NCBI GenBank assembly: GCA_963737065.1
Contig: CAVTRC010000001.1
Span: forward strand, 160,001-224,000
Direction of reading: 5' to 3'
Length of the DNA stretch: 64,000 bases
DNA from: Candidatus Eremiobacteria bacterium
GTDB lineage: Bacteria > Vulcanimicrobiota > Vulcanimicrobiia > Vulcanimicrobiales > Vulcanimicrobiaceae
Shown here: piece after piece, positions 53,402 through 63,458 of the stretch
Position numbering within the stretch: position 1 is the stretch's first letter
How the letters are laid out: each line of letters starts with the position of its first letter
The notes under the pieces: model-generated
Seen by the model: the letters and a program-made list of their open reading frames with translations, nothing else
Databases searched by the model: none
Told to the model about the DNA's origin: nothing
Translations under genes and position numbers: made by a program

Positions 53402-54318
53402 ACCGCCACGGCGGGTCGTGCAAGTGACGCGACACGCGCGCGCAGGATCTCGTTTGCCCCGCCCAAATCTTTGCGCGTGTAGAAGGCGTGAAACGCTTCT
53501 TCGCTGCCCCACGTAACGGGACGGGGACCGAGAACCTCTTCGTTGAGGTAGTGAAGTACGCGGACATCTGCCAAATCGATGAGAAATTTGCGCTCGGCCC
53601 AGTCGAGGTTCGGAAAGTTGAACCTCGGTTCGAGCGCGAGGTGCGGCAATCCGACCTTGTAGATAGCGAGCGTAAGCGCAAATTGCGCCCGGTAAGCTGC
53701 GTAAACCGCTGCGCGTTCGAAGACGAGATCGAGACAACGCTCGTATTCCGGCCCAAAATCCTTCATCGCCGGCCCCGGCACGAACACCGCACCGAAGTTG
53801 TAGTAGATCGGAGCGAAGCGGTTCACTTCTTCGTTGTACATCGTGCCCCAGCCCAGGTGCTGAAAGCGGTCTACCGGGAGCCGGTATCCTACCGACGCAA
53901 AAACTTGCTCCCATGACAAACCGCTTCCGCGAAAAGGCGGAACGTGCGCCATAACCCCCGCAGCAACCGGCTGGGCGAGGAGGCTGACGATGATATCATC
54001 GAGCGGCCGGATCAGAACGGTGTCGGCGTCGAGGAAGAGCACCAGATCAGCGTCCGTATCCATTCTGATACGATCCGGTGCAAAGTACGACATTCGGCGG
54101 AATTTTTCGCGGTCGATGAACCGCCATTCAATGTTTGCTTCTCGAGCCCACGCGTACCGCGCCGGCACATCGAACGGATCGCAATCTTCCCCGATAAATA
54201 CGATGAACTGCGCGGTCGCCGTAATGCCGCCGCATGCAAGAAACGACCGCCAGACGTATTCGACCTGACGAAAAAATGCGGGCGTCGGGCTGATGTGGAT
54301 GCGTACTTCAACGTTCAT
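53398..54318 (-). CDS. GT8-like glycosyltransferase (putative)
   Basis: Motifs LFLDADT, YYNFGAVF, FNFP and VLHY. Confidence 0.6.
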   Translation of the reverse strand: MNVEVRIHISPTPAFFRQVEYVWRSFLACGGITATAQFIVFIGEDCDPFDVPARYAWAREANIEWRFIDREKFRRMSYFAPDRIRMDTDADLVLFLDADTVLIRPLDDIIVSLLAQPVAAGVMAHVPPFRGSGLSWEQVFASVGYRLPVDRFQHLGWGTMYNEEVNRFAPIYYNFGAVFVPGPAMKDFGPEYERCLDLVFERAAVYAAYRAQFALTLAIYKVGLPHLALEPRFNFPNLDWAERKFLIDLADVRVLHYLNEEVLGPRPVTWGSEEAFHAFYTRKDLGGANEILRARVASLARPAVAV

Positions 54319-55256
54319 TGGCGCGCCTCTTCAGCCACGCGATATGCGGCCCGTACCCGTTGCATTTCGACCTGCGCGTTCGCGACCACTCGATCGAGCT
54401 CGGTTTTGAACTCCGCCCGCGCACCCGCCAACATCACTTGCGCGAAACCGCGCGAAATATTGAGCACTTCCGTTAGGCCGATCAGCTGGTGAAGGTCGCG
54501 CGAGAGCAGCGCCGAGTACATCGGCGCGGTGAACGGAAGCCGAAACCCTGCGTTCGAGCCAGCGTGATGCGCAAGGCGCGAATCGATCACGCTGCTCGTT
54601 AGCGACGCGAGTTGTTCACGCGTTCCCGTCCATGGCAAGTGCAAACGGTCGACCAAATATGCGGCTTGATCGACCGGTGTCTCCATCCAGTAACGGTAGT
54701 CCACGATCGCGTGAACGTTGCCCTTCAGCCGGGAGATGGCGTCGGCATTGTGCTCGAGCCACATTACCTCCGAATGCATCGGATCGATGCCGTCACGCGC
54801 CTCCAGCGACTTCGCAACGTCGTTCGGGTTGCGCGTGACCAGAACGAAATGCGCGTCGAATCCCCGTTGCTCGATGATGTCGAGCCACACCGGTAACAAT
54901 CGTGCTGTTCGCGGATCCTTAAATCCCCACAAACCGCCGTAACGATCCAGCTCTCGTACCGCAATGCCGGCGAGCTCTTCGCGAAATTGCTCGATTTGCG
55001 GCACGTGCCACCAATCTTTGGGGAACGGCACGATCATCGAGCTCGTCTTCCACTCCATTCCCATCGTGGCCAAAATCGCGTCGTGAAGACGAGAAATCTC
55101 TTTGGATTCGAAATAGCCCTTGGCGTTGTGAGCGGTGGGGGGCATCAAGTCGTCACTGAGCGGAACGCCGAGTGCATTGAGCAGATTCGTCGTTACCGAC
55201 GTACCCGAACGATGCATTCCGAGAACGACGATGAGGCGCGGGCGGCTGGCGGTCAC
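54315..55256 (-). CDS. Sulfotransferase family protein
   Basis: PAPS-binding-type loop VLGMHRSGTS, plus GYFES, WGFKDPR and RNP.DVA.SL. Confidence 0.8.
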   Translation of the reverse strand: MTASRPRLIVVLGMHRSGTSVTTNLLNALGVPLSDDLMPPTAHNAKGYFESKEISRLHDAILATMGMEWKTSSMIVPFPKDWWHVPQIEQFREELAGIAVRELDRYGGLWGFKDPRTARLLPVWLDIIEQRGFDAHFVLVTRNPNDVAKSLEARDGIDPMHSEVMWLEHNADAISRLKGNVHAIVDYRYWMETPVDQAAYLVDRLHLPWTGTREQLASLTSSVIDSRLAHHAGSNAGFRLPFTAPMYSALLSRDLHQLIGLTEVLNISRGFAQVMLAGARAEFKTELDRVVANAQVEMQRVRAAYRVAEEARQ

Positions 55257-55288
55257 AGAGGATGTATCGGCTTCGCGGAGGACGGGCG

Positions 55289-57133
55289 TTAGAAGACGCC
55301 GGCGCGCGCGAGTACCTGTGCCTCGATGAACTCGAGAAGCCCGGCTGCCGATTCGTCGACGCGTTGCGATGCCGTATCGACCACGTAATCGGGCGTTTCC
55401 GGCGCTTCGTACGGCGATGAGATGCCGGTAAAATGCGCGAGCTCTCCGCGGCGCGCCCGCTGGTAGTGACCCTTCACGTCGCGACGTTCGGCGGTCGCCA
55501 GATCGCACGATACGTAAACTTCGTAGAAGGCGTTCGGATAGGCGGCGCGCGCCAGCTCGCGGTCGGCGGCGAACGGTGAAATCAACGCGCACACGACAAC
55601 GAACCCCGCGTCCGCAAAAACGCCCGCGACCGCAGCCGTGCGCCGAACGTTCTCCGCCCGATCTTCGTCGGTGAATCCGAGATCGACGTTGAGCGTCGTG
55701 CGTAGTGTGTCCCCGTCGAGAACGTAGACGTTGCGGCCGCGTTCGAACAGCATTCGCTGAACCGCCATTGCAACCGTCGATTTGCCGGCGCTCGGCAACC
55801 CCGTGAGCCAGAACACGCCGCCGCTATGTCCGTTACGTTGCGCGCGTTCCTGCGCGTCGACCGACGACGTCATTGCTACGACGTTCGTCGCGCCTTCGCC
55901 GCGCGCGCGGCCGACGACGGCGTCGACGCGTCCGCCGGCAACGATCGTGCCGTTCCGCACGAGAATAAATCGCGTAATGCTCGATCCGTCGAGTCCCACG
56001 TCGGCTGCAATCAGTTCGCGCGAGACGAGCGTCACCACGGCGACGTCGCCGCTGCGCAGCTCTTCGCCGGTTTTCGGCTCGAGCGTCTCGGGATCGACGA
56101 TCTCATCGATGCGCTGAATCGTGATCGGAATTTCACGCGTTCCCAGACGCAAGCGCAGCGTTTCACCCGCCTTTGCGGGATCCGCGCCGAGCCAGACCAC
56201 ACGGGCTTGCAGTACATGTCCGAGCTCCGGAGCATCGGAAGCACGGCTTCCGACTGCGCCGCGATCGACGAAGACACGCGAATCGAGTTCGATTGCAACC
56301 GGCGAACCGGCGGCTGCGCGTCCGACGTCGTGCGGCCATTGCACGACGCGCGTTACGCGCGCACCGGTCTGGAGCGGCCAAAACGTCAAGTAGTCGCCGC
56401 GACGCAGTTCTCCGCTCTCGACGCGGCCCGCGATAAAGCGAGAACCGTCGCGACGATAAACGTCTTGTACGAGCACGCGCAGCGGCCCGCCCGCAGCCTG
56501 CTCCGCCCGTTCCAACGATTTCAACGCGTCGAGCAACGTGGGTCCGTTCCACCAGGACGTCAGCGAACCGCGGTTGACGACGTTGTCACCGGTACGCGCG
56601 GCGACCGGAACAATCGCATGCGCTTCGATCTGCAACTGTCCGAGAAACTCGGCAACTTCGACTTTGCGGCGTTGAAATTCCGTTTGCGCGTCTCGCACAA
56701 GATCGAGTTTGTTGACTGCGACGAGAATGTCTCGGAATCCGAGCCACTGCAAGAACAACGCCTGCTTGCGCGTCTGCGGCGTGATGCCTTCGTCGGCCGC
56801 CACGACCATTACGGGCGCATCGACTTCAGAGGCACCGCTCAACAGATTACGGATCAGTTCGCGGTGTCCGGGCGCATCGACGAAGACGAACTCGGCGTCC
56901 GTGGTTCGGACCCACACGCGCGAAACGTCCAGCGTAATCGCTTGATCGCGCTCGACCTGAAATGCGTCCAAGAGAAACGAGTACTCGATCGGAACGCCCC
57001 GTTTGGCGCTCGACGATTCAAGTTCACGGAGTTTCTCTTCGGTGACTTGTCCGACGTCAACGAGCAGACGGCCGAGAATCGTCGATTTGCCGGCGTCGAC
57101 GTCGCCGACCATGACGACGCGCAGTTGTTTCAC
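55289..57133 (-). CDS. cysNC: Bifunctional sulfate adenylyltransferase subunit 1 / adenylylsulfate kinase
   Basis: GTPase motifs GDVDAGKST, DAPGH and NKLD; APS kinase motifs WLTGLPSAGKST, LDGD and FTGISSPYE. Confidence 0.93.
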   Translation of the reverse strand: MKQLRVVMVGDVDAGKSTILGRLLVDVGQVTEEKLRELESSSAKRGVPIEYSFLLDAFQVERDQAITLDVSRVWVRTTDAEFVFVDAPGHRELIRNLLSGASEVDAPVMVVAADEGITPQTRKQALFLQWLGFRDILVAVNKLDLVRDAQTEFQRRKVEVAEFLGQLQIEAHAIVPVAARTGDNVVNRGSLTSWWNGPTLLDALKSLERAEQAAGGPLRVLVQDVYRRDGSRFIAGRVESGELRRGDYLTFWPLQTGARVTRVVQWPHDVGRAAAGSPVAIELDSRVFVDRGAVGSRASDAPELGHVLQARVVWLGADPAKAGETLRLRLGTREIPITIQRIDEIVDPETLEPKTGEELRSGDVAVVTLVSRELIAADVGLDGSSITRFILVRNGTIVAGGRVDAVVGRARGEGATNVVAMTSSVDAQERAQRNGHSGGVFWLTGLPSAGKSTVAMAVQRMLFERGRNVYVLDGDTLRTTLNVDLGFTDEDRAENVRRTAAVAGVFADAGFVVVCALISPFAADRELARAAYPNAFYEVYVSCDLATAERRDVKGHYQRARRGELAHFTGISSPYEAPETPDYVVDTASQRVDESAAGLLEFIEAQVLARAGVF

Positions 57134-57939
57134 ATGTACCCCGACGTACGCAAACGTTCGAACGCGTCTTCGCTTTCACTGTCCATTGTGCGGCCTGCGC
57201 GCTCCGGTTGACGCGTTACTTCCAATTCGGCGATGACGCGCTCGACCGTATCGGCGTCGCTGTCGATCGGGAACGTGATATTGCTCTCACCGAGCGAACG
57301 GTAGCGCTTCCCGTCCTTCGCGAGATACAACGGAACGTACGGAATGTTCTCGCGCAGCGTATAGCGCCAAATATCGAGTTCCGTCCAATGCAAGAGCGGA
57401 TGAATTCGAACGTGAGCGCCGTCCGGAATGTCGTACGGGAAGTACTCCCAGAGCTCCGGCGGCTGCGTGCGCGGATCCCAGGATCCGTCCGCGTTTCGCG
57501 GGGAGAAGATGCGTTCTTTTGCGCGGATCGCTTGTTCGTCGCGCCGGATGCCGAGGATGATCCCGCGATACTTGCCGCGCTCGATCAATGCGCGCAAACC
57601 TGCGGTTTTCCGCGCAGCGTGACGCGCGGCCGGAGGCAGCGTCTGGTCGACCGTACTCTCCGGCGGGCAGCGTTCCGCGTCCACCGGAAGATTCCACGCT
57701 CCCACGAGCCAATCGCGGAACGCGTAGACTTCCGGAAATTCCATGCCGGTATCGAGCAAAACAACGGGAAACGGCACGTCTCCGAGAAACGCTTTGCGCA
57801 CCATCCAAAGAAGTGCGGTCGAGTCCTTGCCGATTGACCACAACATCGCCAGCGGATTCACGCACGAATACGCCTCCCGCAAGATGTAGATCGTCCGAGC
57901 TTCGAGTTCGTCGAGATAGGCGTCGAGCGACGTGGGCAT
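57130..57939 (-). CDS. cysD: Sulfate adenylyltransferase subunit 2
   Basis: Motifs LWSIGKDS, GIRRDE..RAKER.FS, HPLLHWTELDIW and RYRSLG. Confidence 0.95.
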   Translation of the reverse strand: MPTSLDAYLDELEARTIYILREAYSCVNPLAMLWSIGKDSTALLWMVRKAFLGDVPFPVVLLDTGMEFPEVYAFRDWLVGAWNLPVDAERCPPESTVDQTLPPAARHAARKTAGLRALIERGKYRGIILGIRRDEQAIRAKERIFSPRNADGSWDPRTQPPELWEYFPYDIPDGAHVRIHPLLHWTELDIWRYTLRENIPYVPLYLAKDGKRYRSLGESNITFPIDSDADTVERVIAELEVTRQPERAGRTMDSESEDAFERLRTSGYM

Positions 57940-57979
57940 GCCGTTTAATGAATCGGCACTGCGGTCCGATAGCTTAGAA

Positions 57980-59020
57980 GTGACCGAGCGCATTTGTGTG
58001 CTTCATATCGGGACGCACAAGACGGCGACCACCCTCCTCCAAAACTTCTTACAGTGGAACGCGACGACGCTGACCGACGCTGGACTCTATTTTCCATGCG
58101 TCGGCTGGTATGGCGTTGTACCGGGCCAGCATGCGGTCGCATGGGAGCTCCTCGACGGCGGAGATACCGCACAAACCGACCGGCTCATAGACGATTTAAC
58201 GGTGGCCACGGCTCCGCATGTCATCATCTCTTCCGAAGAGTTTTCCCTACTGTTCGACCGGCCGGCGGCTTTGCGGGTGCTCGTCGAGCGAATTCGCGCG
58301 GTTGGATATGACGCCAAAGTGCTCGTCTACTTACGCGCGCAACCGGCATTCGCGGAGTCGATGTACGCCGAGCGGATCAAGCACGGCGACATCCGGCTGT
58401 TCTCGCCATTCATCGGCGAGATACTGCAGCACGGCGGGTTTGAGGCGCGCGGCCGGCGTGTCACGGTGCAATCGAGCGAATTGCTCGACGCGTTCAAACG
58501 AGCGACCGGGCACGAGAACGTCCACGTGCGCCAATATACGGGGGGCGGCGATGCCGTCACGATCGTCCATGATTTCTTGGCTGCGCTAGCGACGCTCGTG
58601 CCGTGCTTCGATCCACGCAACCTTCGTCTCGACCTACATCGGACGCGAATGAACGAAAGTCTCAGTTTCGGCCATCTGCTCGGCACCGCATTCGTGCAAC
58701 TGTTTCCGGACATTGGTTTGCCGGCGAACCCTGAAGAGTTCATCGGTCAACATGTGCCTTCGCTCCCGCGCGATCTCTTCAACAAGCGTTTCTCGCTCTT
58801 GCACCGCGAAGAGTACATCGGCTTCTTGGAACGCTTCGCGGACGACAATCACCGCGTACGCTCGCGTTATGGTATGTCGGCAGCATTTTTGAACGACGCC
58901 GATATTCCGGCGGCGGACGATCCGCGGTGGACGATCGCTTCAATAGAACGACCGATCCTCGATGCGTGCGTCTCGCAATGGCTCGAACGCGCGAACCGTG
59001 CCGTAGGATATCGAGCGTGA
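57980..59020 (+). CDS. Sulfotransferase-like P-loop protein
   Basis: Motifs LHIGTHKTATTLLQ, IISSEEF, VYLRAQ and NES. Confidence 0.7.
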   Translation: MTERICVLHIGTHKTATTLLQNFLQWNATTLTDAGLYFPCVGWYGVVPGQHAVAWELLDGGDTAQTDRLIDDLTVATAPHVIISSEEFSLLFDRPAALRVLVERIRAVGYDAKVLVYLRAQPAFAESMYAERIKHGDIRLFSPFIGEILQHGGFEARGRRVTVQSSELLDAFKRATGHENVHVRQYTGGGDAVTIVHDFLAALATLVPCFDPRNLRLDLHRTRMNESLSFGHLLGTAFVQLFPDIGLPANPEEFIGQHVPSLPRDLFNKRFSLLHREEYIGFLERFADDNHRVRSRYGMSAAFLNDADIPAADDPRWTIASIERPILDACVSQWLERANRAVGYRA

Positions 59021-59841
59021 ATGCAAGCGCAGTCGTCGACCTCCATTTGCACACACGGTGCTCCGACGGCGTATGGACGGTCGCGCGTCTCTTGAACGAA
59101 GTCCGGGCGCGACGGCTCGATTGGTTTTGCATCTCAGATCACGACACACTCGAAGCATATCCAATGCCCGTAGATGTCGCGCCGCGTTGCATTCCCGGGC
59201 TTGAGGTCGATTCGCATCACGGCGGTCATACGGTCCATCTTCTTGCGTACGGCGTGAGCGACAACAGATCGCCGCTGCTCGAAGCGCTCCGCCGGCAGCG
59301 CGTTTCACGCGAAGAGCGCATGGCATCGATGGTAGATGCGGTGCGGCGCCAGGGCATCGATCTCTCGCTCGACGACGTGCGGGTGCAAGCGGCTGGCACG
59401 GCAAGTTTGGGCAGACCGCATTTAGCGCGCGCGCTCGTCGCATGTGGCGCGGTTTCGACGGTGCAAGATGCGTTCGATCGCTACTTGGCCGACGACGCGA
59501 AAGCGTACGTCGCGCTGGAGCGTTTAACGTCCGATAAAGCGATCGCGTTAATCCGGGAATCATGCGGCGTAGCGATCGCGGCACACCCGAAGCGCCTGCA
59601 CAGCGAATCGCATCTCGCCGAATTAATCGAGCTCGGAATCGACGGTATCGAAATCGCGCATCCAACCGCGGATGCGAAGATGCAGACGACGCTGCTCGAA
59701 CGCGTACACGCGCGCGAACTGCTTGCGACCGCGGGGACCGACTTTCACGCACCGGTCGACGGTCGCCCGATCGGCGTTCCGTTTCCTGCGGCGGAGATCG
59801 AACGGCTTCGCGAGGCGGTAGAACGCCGGGCGCGACAATGA
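59017..59841 (+). CDS. PHP domain phosphoesterase (YciV/TrpH-like)
   Basis: Motifs DLHLHTRCSDG, ISDHDT, GRPHLA, AHP and GTDFH. Confidence 0.92.
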   Translation: MNASAVVDLHLHTRCSDGVWTVARLLNEVRARRLDWFCISDHDTLEAYPMPVDVAPRCIPGLEVDSHHGGHTVHLLAYGVSDNRSPLLEALRRQRVSREERMASMVDAVRRQGIDLSLDDVRVQAAGTASLGRPHLARALVACGAVSTVQDAFDRYLADDAKAYVALERLTSDKAIALIRESCGVAIAAHPKRLHSESHLAELIELGIDGIEIAHPTADAKMQTTLLERVHARELLATAGTDFHAPVDGRPIGVPFPAAEIERLREAVERRARQ

Positions 59842-59876
59842 GCTTGCGCGTGTGAGGTCAAACTAGGCTTCACCCC

Positions 59877-60824
59877 ATGTCGAGGTATTTTCGCTTCTTC
59901 GGACTCGAGCGCGATCCGTTCTTAGATACGGCTGATCCGTATTTTTATTGCGAACTCGGAGCACTGCGCAAGGCCAAGGACCGGCTTTACGATTCCGTCG
60001 ACGCATCGCGAGGGCTCACCGTTGTCCTGGGCGATCCCGGGACCGGAAAGACGAGTCTGAGCGTTGCGCTCGAGCAAGAACTCCTCGGCGACGACCGCGT
60101 CGTCCTCGGCAAAATCCTCGACCCGTCATTTGCGACCGAGACGGAATTTCTGATCGCAATCGGCCGCGTTTTCGGCCTGGCGCTCCCGCCGCGTTCGAGC
60201 GCCGCGCTTAAGAATGCGCTGAAAAATTTCTTCTTCGAAACGGCGGTTCTCGAGAAACGCACGCTCGTACTAATCGTCGACGAGGCGCAGAATCTCAGCG
60301 ACGAAAACCTTGAAGCACTGCGCCTGCTGCTGAACTATCACGTGCCGCAGCGTAAACTGCTCAACATCCTGCTCTTCGGCCAAAGTGAGCTGGAAACGCG
60401 CATAAACGCGAAGGGTAATTTGGTCGATCGTGTCGATTCCTGGATCCGTTTGATGCCTCTGGACGAAACAACCTCAGTCGCGGTCCTCGACTATCGCCTC
60501 GCTCGTGCCGGACTGGCGGCCGGCACGCAGTTGTTCACACCTGAAGCGCGCACGCTACTGACCGAAGCGGCAGCCGGCGTTCCGCGACGGCTGACCATGA
60601 TCGCGCACCTGGCGATGCAAGAGGCTGCGGACCGCGCCAGCACGCTCGTCATCGAAGACCACGTGCGGACGTCGCTCGTTGCGCGCGGGATTACGTTGAA
60701 GCCGAAGCCCGTCCTAGCAGCGCCGCCGCCCGTCGAAACGCCATCAATCAACGGCGGCGCTTCGCACGCAGAAACGCCGCGTCCGCACGGGTTTTTCGCG
60801 CGACTCTTCGCCCGTCGAGCGTAG
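59877..60824 (+). CDS. ExeA/GspA-like AAA ATPase
   Basis: Motifs YFRFFGL..DPF, GDPGTGKT, IVDEAQNL, LFGQSEL and GVPR. Confidence 0.88.
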   Translation: MSRYFRFFGLERDPFLDTADPYFYCELGALRKAKDRLYDSVDASRGLTVVLGDPGTGKTSLSVALEQELLGDDRVVLGKILDPSFATETEFLIAIGRVFGLALPPRSSAALKNALKNFFFETAVLEKRTLVLIVDEAQNLSDENLEALRLLLNYHVPQRKLLNILLFGQSELETRINAKGNLVDRVDSWIRLMPLDETTSVAVLDYRLARAGLAAGTQLFTPEARTLLTEAAAGVPRRLTMIAHLAMQEAADRASTLVIEDHVRTSLVARGITLKPKPVLAAPPPVETPSINGGASHAETPRPHGFFARLFARRA

Positions 60825-62299
60825 TGAACGTCGATCCGGAGTTCGACCTGAGCGCGGATATGCGGCTGATCGAGCTTCAGCGCGCCGCGCTCGGACTTGC
60901 ACCGCCCGCGCCCACGGCATGGCAAACGCGTACGCTCGCTGAGGACGGAATGGCCGTCGAGGAAGCGCCCGTGCCGCGACCGCAGACCGCTGTGCTCGCC
61001 GCATCGCTGACGGCTAATCCGTCCGCGGACGTGATTCCGGGTGCCGTCGTCACCGCGTCGCTCAGCATCGCGAACGAGGGCGCCGAAATCGCAAGAAACG
61101 TCATCGTCGGCGTGCCGGTGCCGGGCGGCGCCGGCTATCGTCCGGGTTCATTTGTGATGGACGGGCGCAGCGTAGACGAAGACACGGCAGAGCAGTTCCT
61201 CGGCGCCGGGATAACGGTCGGCGAGATGGCAAGCGGAACGCGGCACACGTTTATCTGGAAGCTCGGTGTGAGGCTCGGCCGGCAGCCGCTGATTTTCGCG
61301 CCATCGGTGCGCGCAACGGGAGCCGCCGTCGTCGGTGCGCGGACATTTCAAGTCGATCGCAAACACCGCGCCTCGATCGGTTTCGCCACCGAGCTCGAAC
61401 GAACCGATCCGACGCTCTTCGTGCCGAAGCCGCTCGTCCCGGTCGATATTCCGGCCGAAGACCTGCCGTTCTACGAACTCGACGCCGAAGAGACGCTGAT
61501 TCACGAAGCTGCAGACGCTGCGCTCTCGTCCGCCGCACCGCGCGTTGAATCTGCAGTGGTCGCCGAAGCGCCGCCGCAACCCGAAGCGGTGCGCGAACCG
61601 CATCCGGGGCCGGAGAGCGAACCGGAACCGGCGCCGGCGCCTCGCGAAGCGGTCGTGCTCTACGCCAAGATAGACCGCGCTACGGTAGCGTTTTTCGAGC
61701 AGACCTTCAACGGTTCGAAAGCGCCGACGATTTTGAACCATTGTATCTTCGCAAGCGCGCTCGCATGCGCTACGGATGCCGATGGCAGCGACGCATTGGG
61801 GTTGCGCAAGCATCTCGACGCGCAATCGCAAGTGCTGCACCGGATTGCACTTCACGAGCGGCTCGGCAAAAAGGAACCGATAACGGAGTACGCGGGACGC
61901 CTCATCGCTTCGCTCGACGACATAACGCCGGCGCCGATACGCGATATCCATGCGTCGAGGGACGCCTTGTTCCTCGAAACGGAGCTGACGGAACCGACGC
62001 TCGTCGTCATCGCGAAGATCTATGAGGACCGCGAGCGATGGGACTTCGTCAAAGCACGGCAATTGACGCTCGCTCTGCAAGCTCGACGTCTCGCGGGGCG
62101 CGATCTCGATGTCGCATTAAGCGCGGCATTGGAAAACGCGCTTCGCGTCTATGCACAAACCGCAATGACGACATTGCAGAAGTTATTTGTTCGGTTGCGC
62201 CTCGATCGCACGACCGGCGTGTTGTTCCAAACCGAGCATCAGCTGGACGTCGCTGCCCGCGCGCTCGTGACCGCGTTCAAGAACGCGCTCGCGGAGTGA
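60824..62299 (+). CDS. Hypothetical protein with DUF11-like Ig domain, Pro/Glu linker and helical C-terminus
   Basis: PGAVVT..LSIANEG...ARNV....PVP.GAGY.PGS resembles a DUF11 repeat. Confidence 0.65.
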   Translation: MNVDPEFDLSADMRLIELQRAALGLAPPAPTAWQTRTLAEDGMAVEEAPVPRPQTAVLAASLTANPSADVIPGAVVTASLSIANEGAEIARNVIVGVPVPGGAGYRPGSFVMDGRSVDEDTAEQFLGAGITVGEMASGTRHTFIWKLGVRLGRQPLIFAPSVRATGAAVVGARTFQVDRKHRASIGFATELERTDPTLFVPKPLVPVDIPAEDLPFYELDAEETLIHEAADAALSSAAPRVESAVVAEAPPQPEAVREPHPGPESEPEPAPAPREAVVLYAKIDRATVAFFEQTFNGSKAPTILNHCIFASALACATDADGSDALGLRKHLDAQSQVLHRIALHERLGKKEPITEYAGRLIASLDDITPAPIRDIHASRDALFLETELTEPTLVVIAKIYEDRERWDFVKARQLTLALQARRLAGRDLDVALSAALENALRVYAQTAMTTLQKLFVRLRLDRTTGVLFQTEHQLDVAARALVTAFKNALAE

Positions 62300-63063
62300 A
62301 ACTTCTTATCGGGATCCCGACGAGCGGCTCGCCGGCGAAGCCGTTCCTCGAAAGTTTGAGCGCGCTAGAAATTCCCCAAACGTTCGCATCCGTCGATCGT
62401 GCCGTCGTAAGCGGAAACTATGTGCCGGCACAACGGGAGTTGATCGTGCGGCGCGCGCTTGCGCGCGGCGCGGATCGCTTGTTGATGTGCGACGACGACA
62501 TGATCGTGCCGAAGGACGCCGTCGCGAAGCTGGGCGCCGTGCTCGACGACGACCCGGCGTGCGCGCTTGCCGGAGCACTCTACTACTCGCGCGACGGCTT
62601 CCGCCCGATGGCGGTCGATGGTTGGAATCCGAACGACACGACGAGCGCAAACATTCCCGGCTTCACTGACGGCCCGGTTACGGTCGACGGCGTAGGCTTC
62701 GGATGCGTACTTTTGCGTCTCGATGCGCTCGCCGCGATGGACCCGCCGTACTTCAGCGCGCACGTTTTTATCGAGCCGAACGCGTCGCGCGTTCGCGTCT
62801 GCAACGAAGACTATCTCTTCTGCGCGCGACTCCGTGCGCAAAACGCACGCGTTGTTCTTCATGCCGGCGTGCGATGCGGTCACTTCGATCGCGCGACCGC
62901 TGCCGTGCAACCGCAGCCCTGGGAAGATCCGCGCGTAACGGCGGAGGCACGCATGGCGGTCGTCAAGGAGGGCCAACCACGGCTCGTTCCGGTCGCGGCG
63001 TCGCCGCCCGGTGCCGAACGGCACGAAACAGCGGCTATTTCGTACGTCTGGCCGGCGATTTAG
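62296..63063 (+). CDS. Glycosyltransferase family 2-like protein
   Basis: Motifs LLIGIPT, LMCDDD, VDGVGFGCVL, NEDYLFC and CGH. Confidence 0.8.
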   Translation: MKLLIGIPTSGSPAKPFLESLSALEIPQTFASVDRAVVSGNYVPAQRELIVRRALARGADRLLMCDDDMIVPKDAVAKLGAVLDDDPACALAGALYYSRDGFRPMAVDGWNPNDTTSANIPGFTDGPVTVDGVGFGCVLLRLDALAAMDPPYFSAHVFIEPNASRVRVCNEDYLFCARLRAQNARVVLHAGVRCGHFDRATAAVQPQPWEDPRVTAEARMAVVKEGQPRLVPVAASPPGAERHETAAISYVWPAI

Positions 63064-63458
63064 TGCCGGCTGTCTAATCCTGCCGAACGGCGCGGACTTT
63101 CTCCGATCGTCACGCCGCGCGCATACGTCTTCCAGCGCGAGAGCTGGCGCAATCGTTCACCGATGCGGTCGTGGATCGCTTGTAGCTTCTGCATCCGCTG
63201 CTGCCGGTACGCATAGACGTACCGGACCCGTGCAAACACGGCGTCGTCGAAGTCGAGCGTGCGATGCGCGACGGCGTCGTTCATCCCGTTGTGCAGTGAA
63301 TGCGTTACGCGGCGAGAATCCGCAAGCGCTACGCCGAGGCGGGTCCAATTACGCTCGTCGATCGACGCGTCGATCTCGACGCACAAGCGTTCCAGTTCGT
63401 TAAGGTCGCGTGCGACGGCTTCGAGCAACGCTTGGCCGCAGTCAGCCGACGGCTGCAA
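63060..63458 (-). CDS. FlgN/FliT-like flagellar chaperone (putative)
   Basis: Small helical protein directly downstream of fliS. Confidence 0.5.
   Translation of the reverse strand: MQPSADCGQALLEAVARDLNELERLCVEIDASIDERNWTRLGVALADSRRVTHSLHNGMNDAVAHRTLDFDDAVFARVRYVYAYRQQRMQKLQAIHDRIGERLRQLSRWKTYARGVTIGESPRRSAGLDSRH

Noticed and set aside
55826..57211. Long antisense ORFs (this one and others such as 8907-10061, 12638-13858, 32792-33829)
   Set aside because: They are shadow ORFs opposite well-supported genes, as expected in GC-rich DNA.
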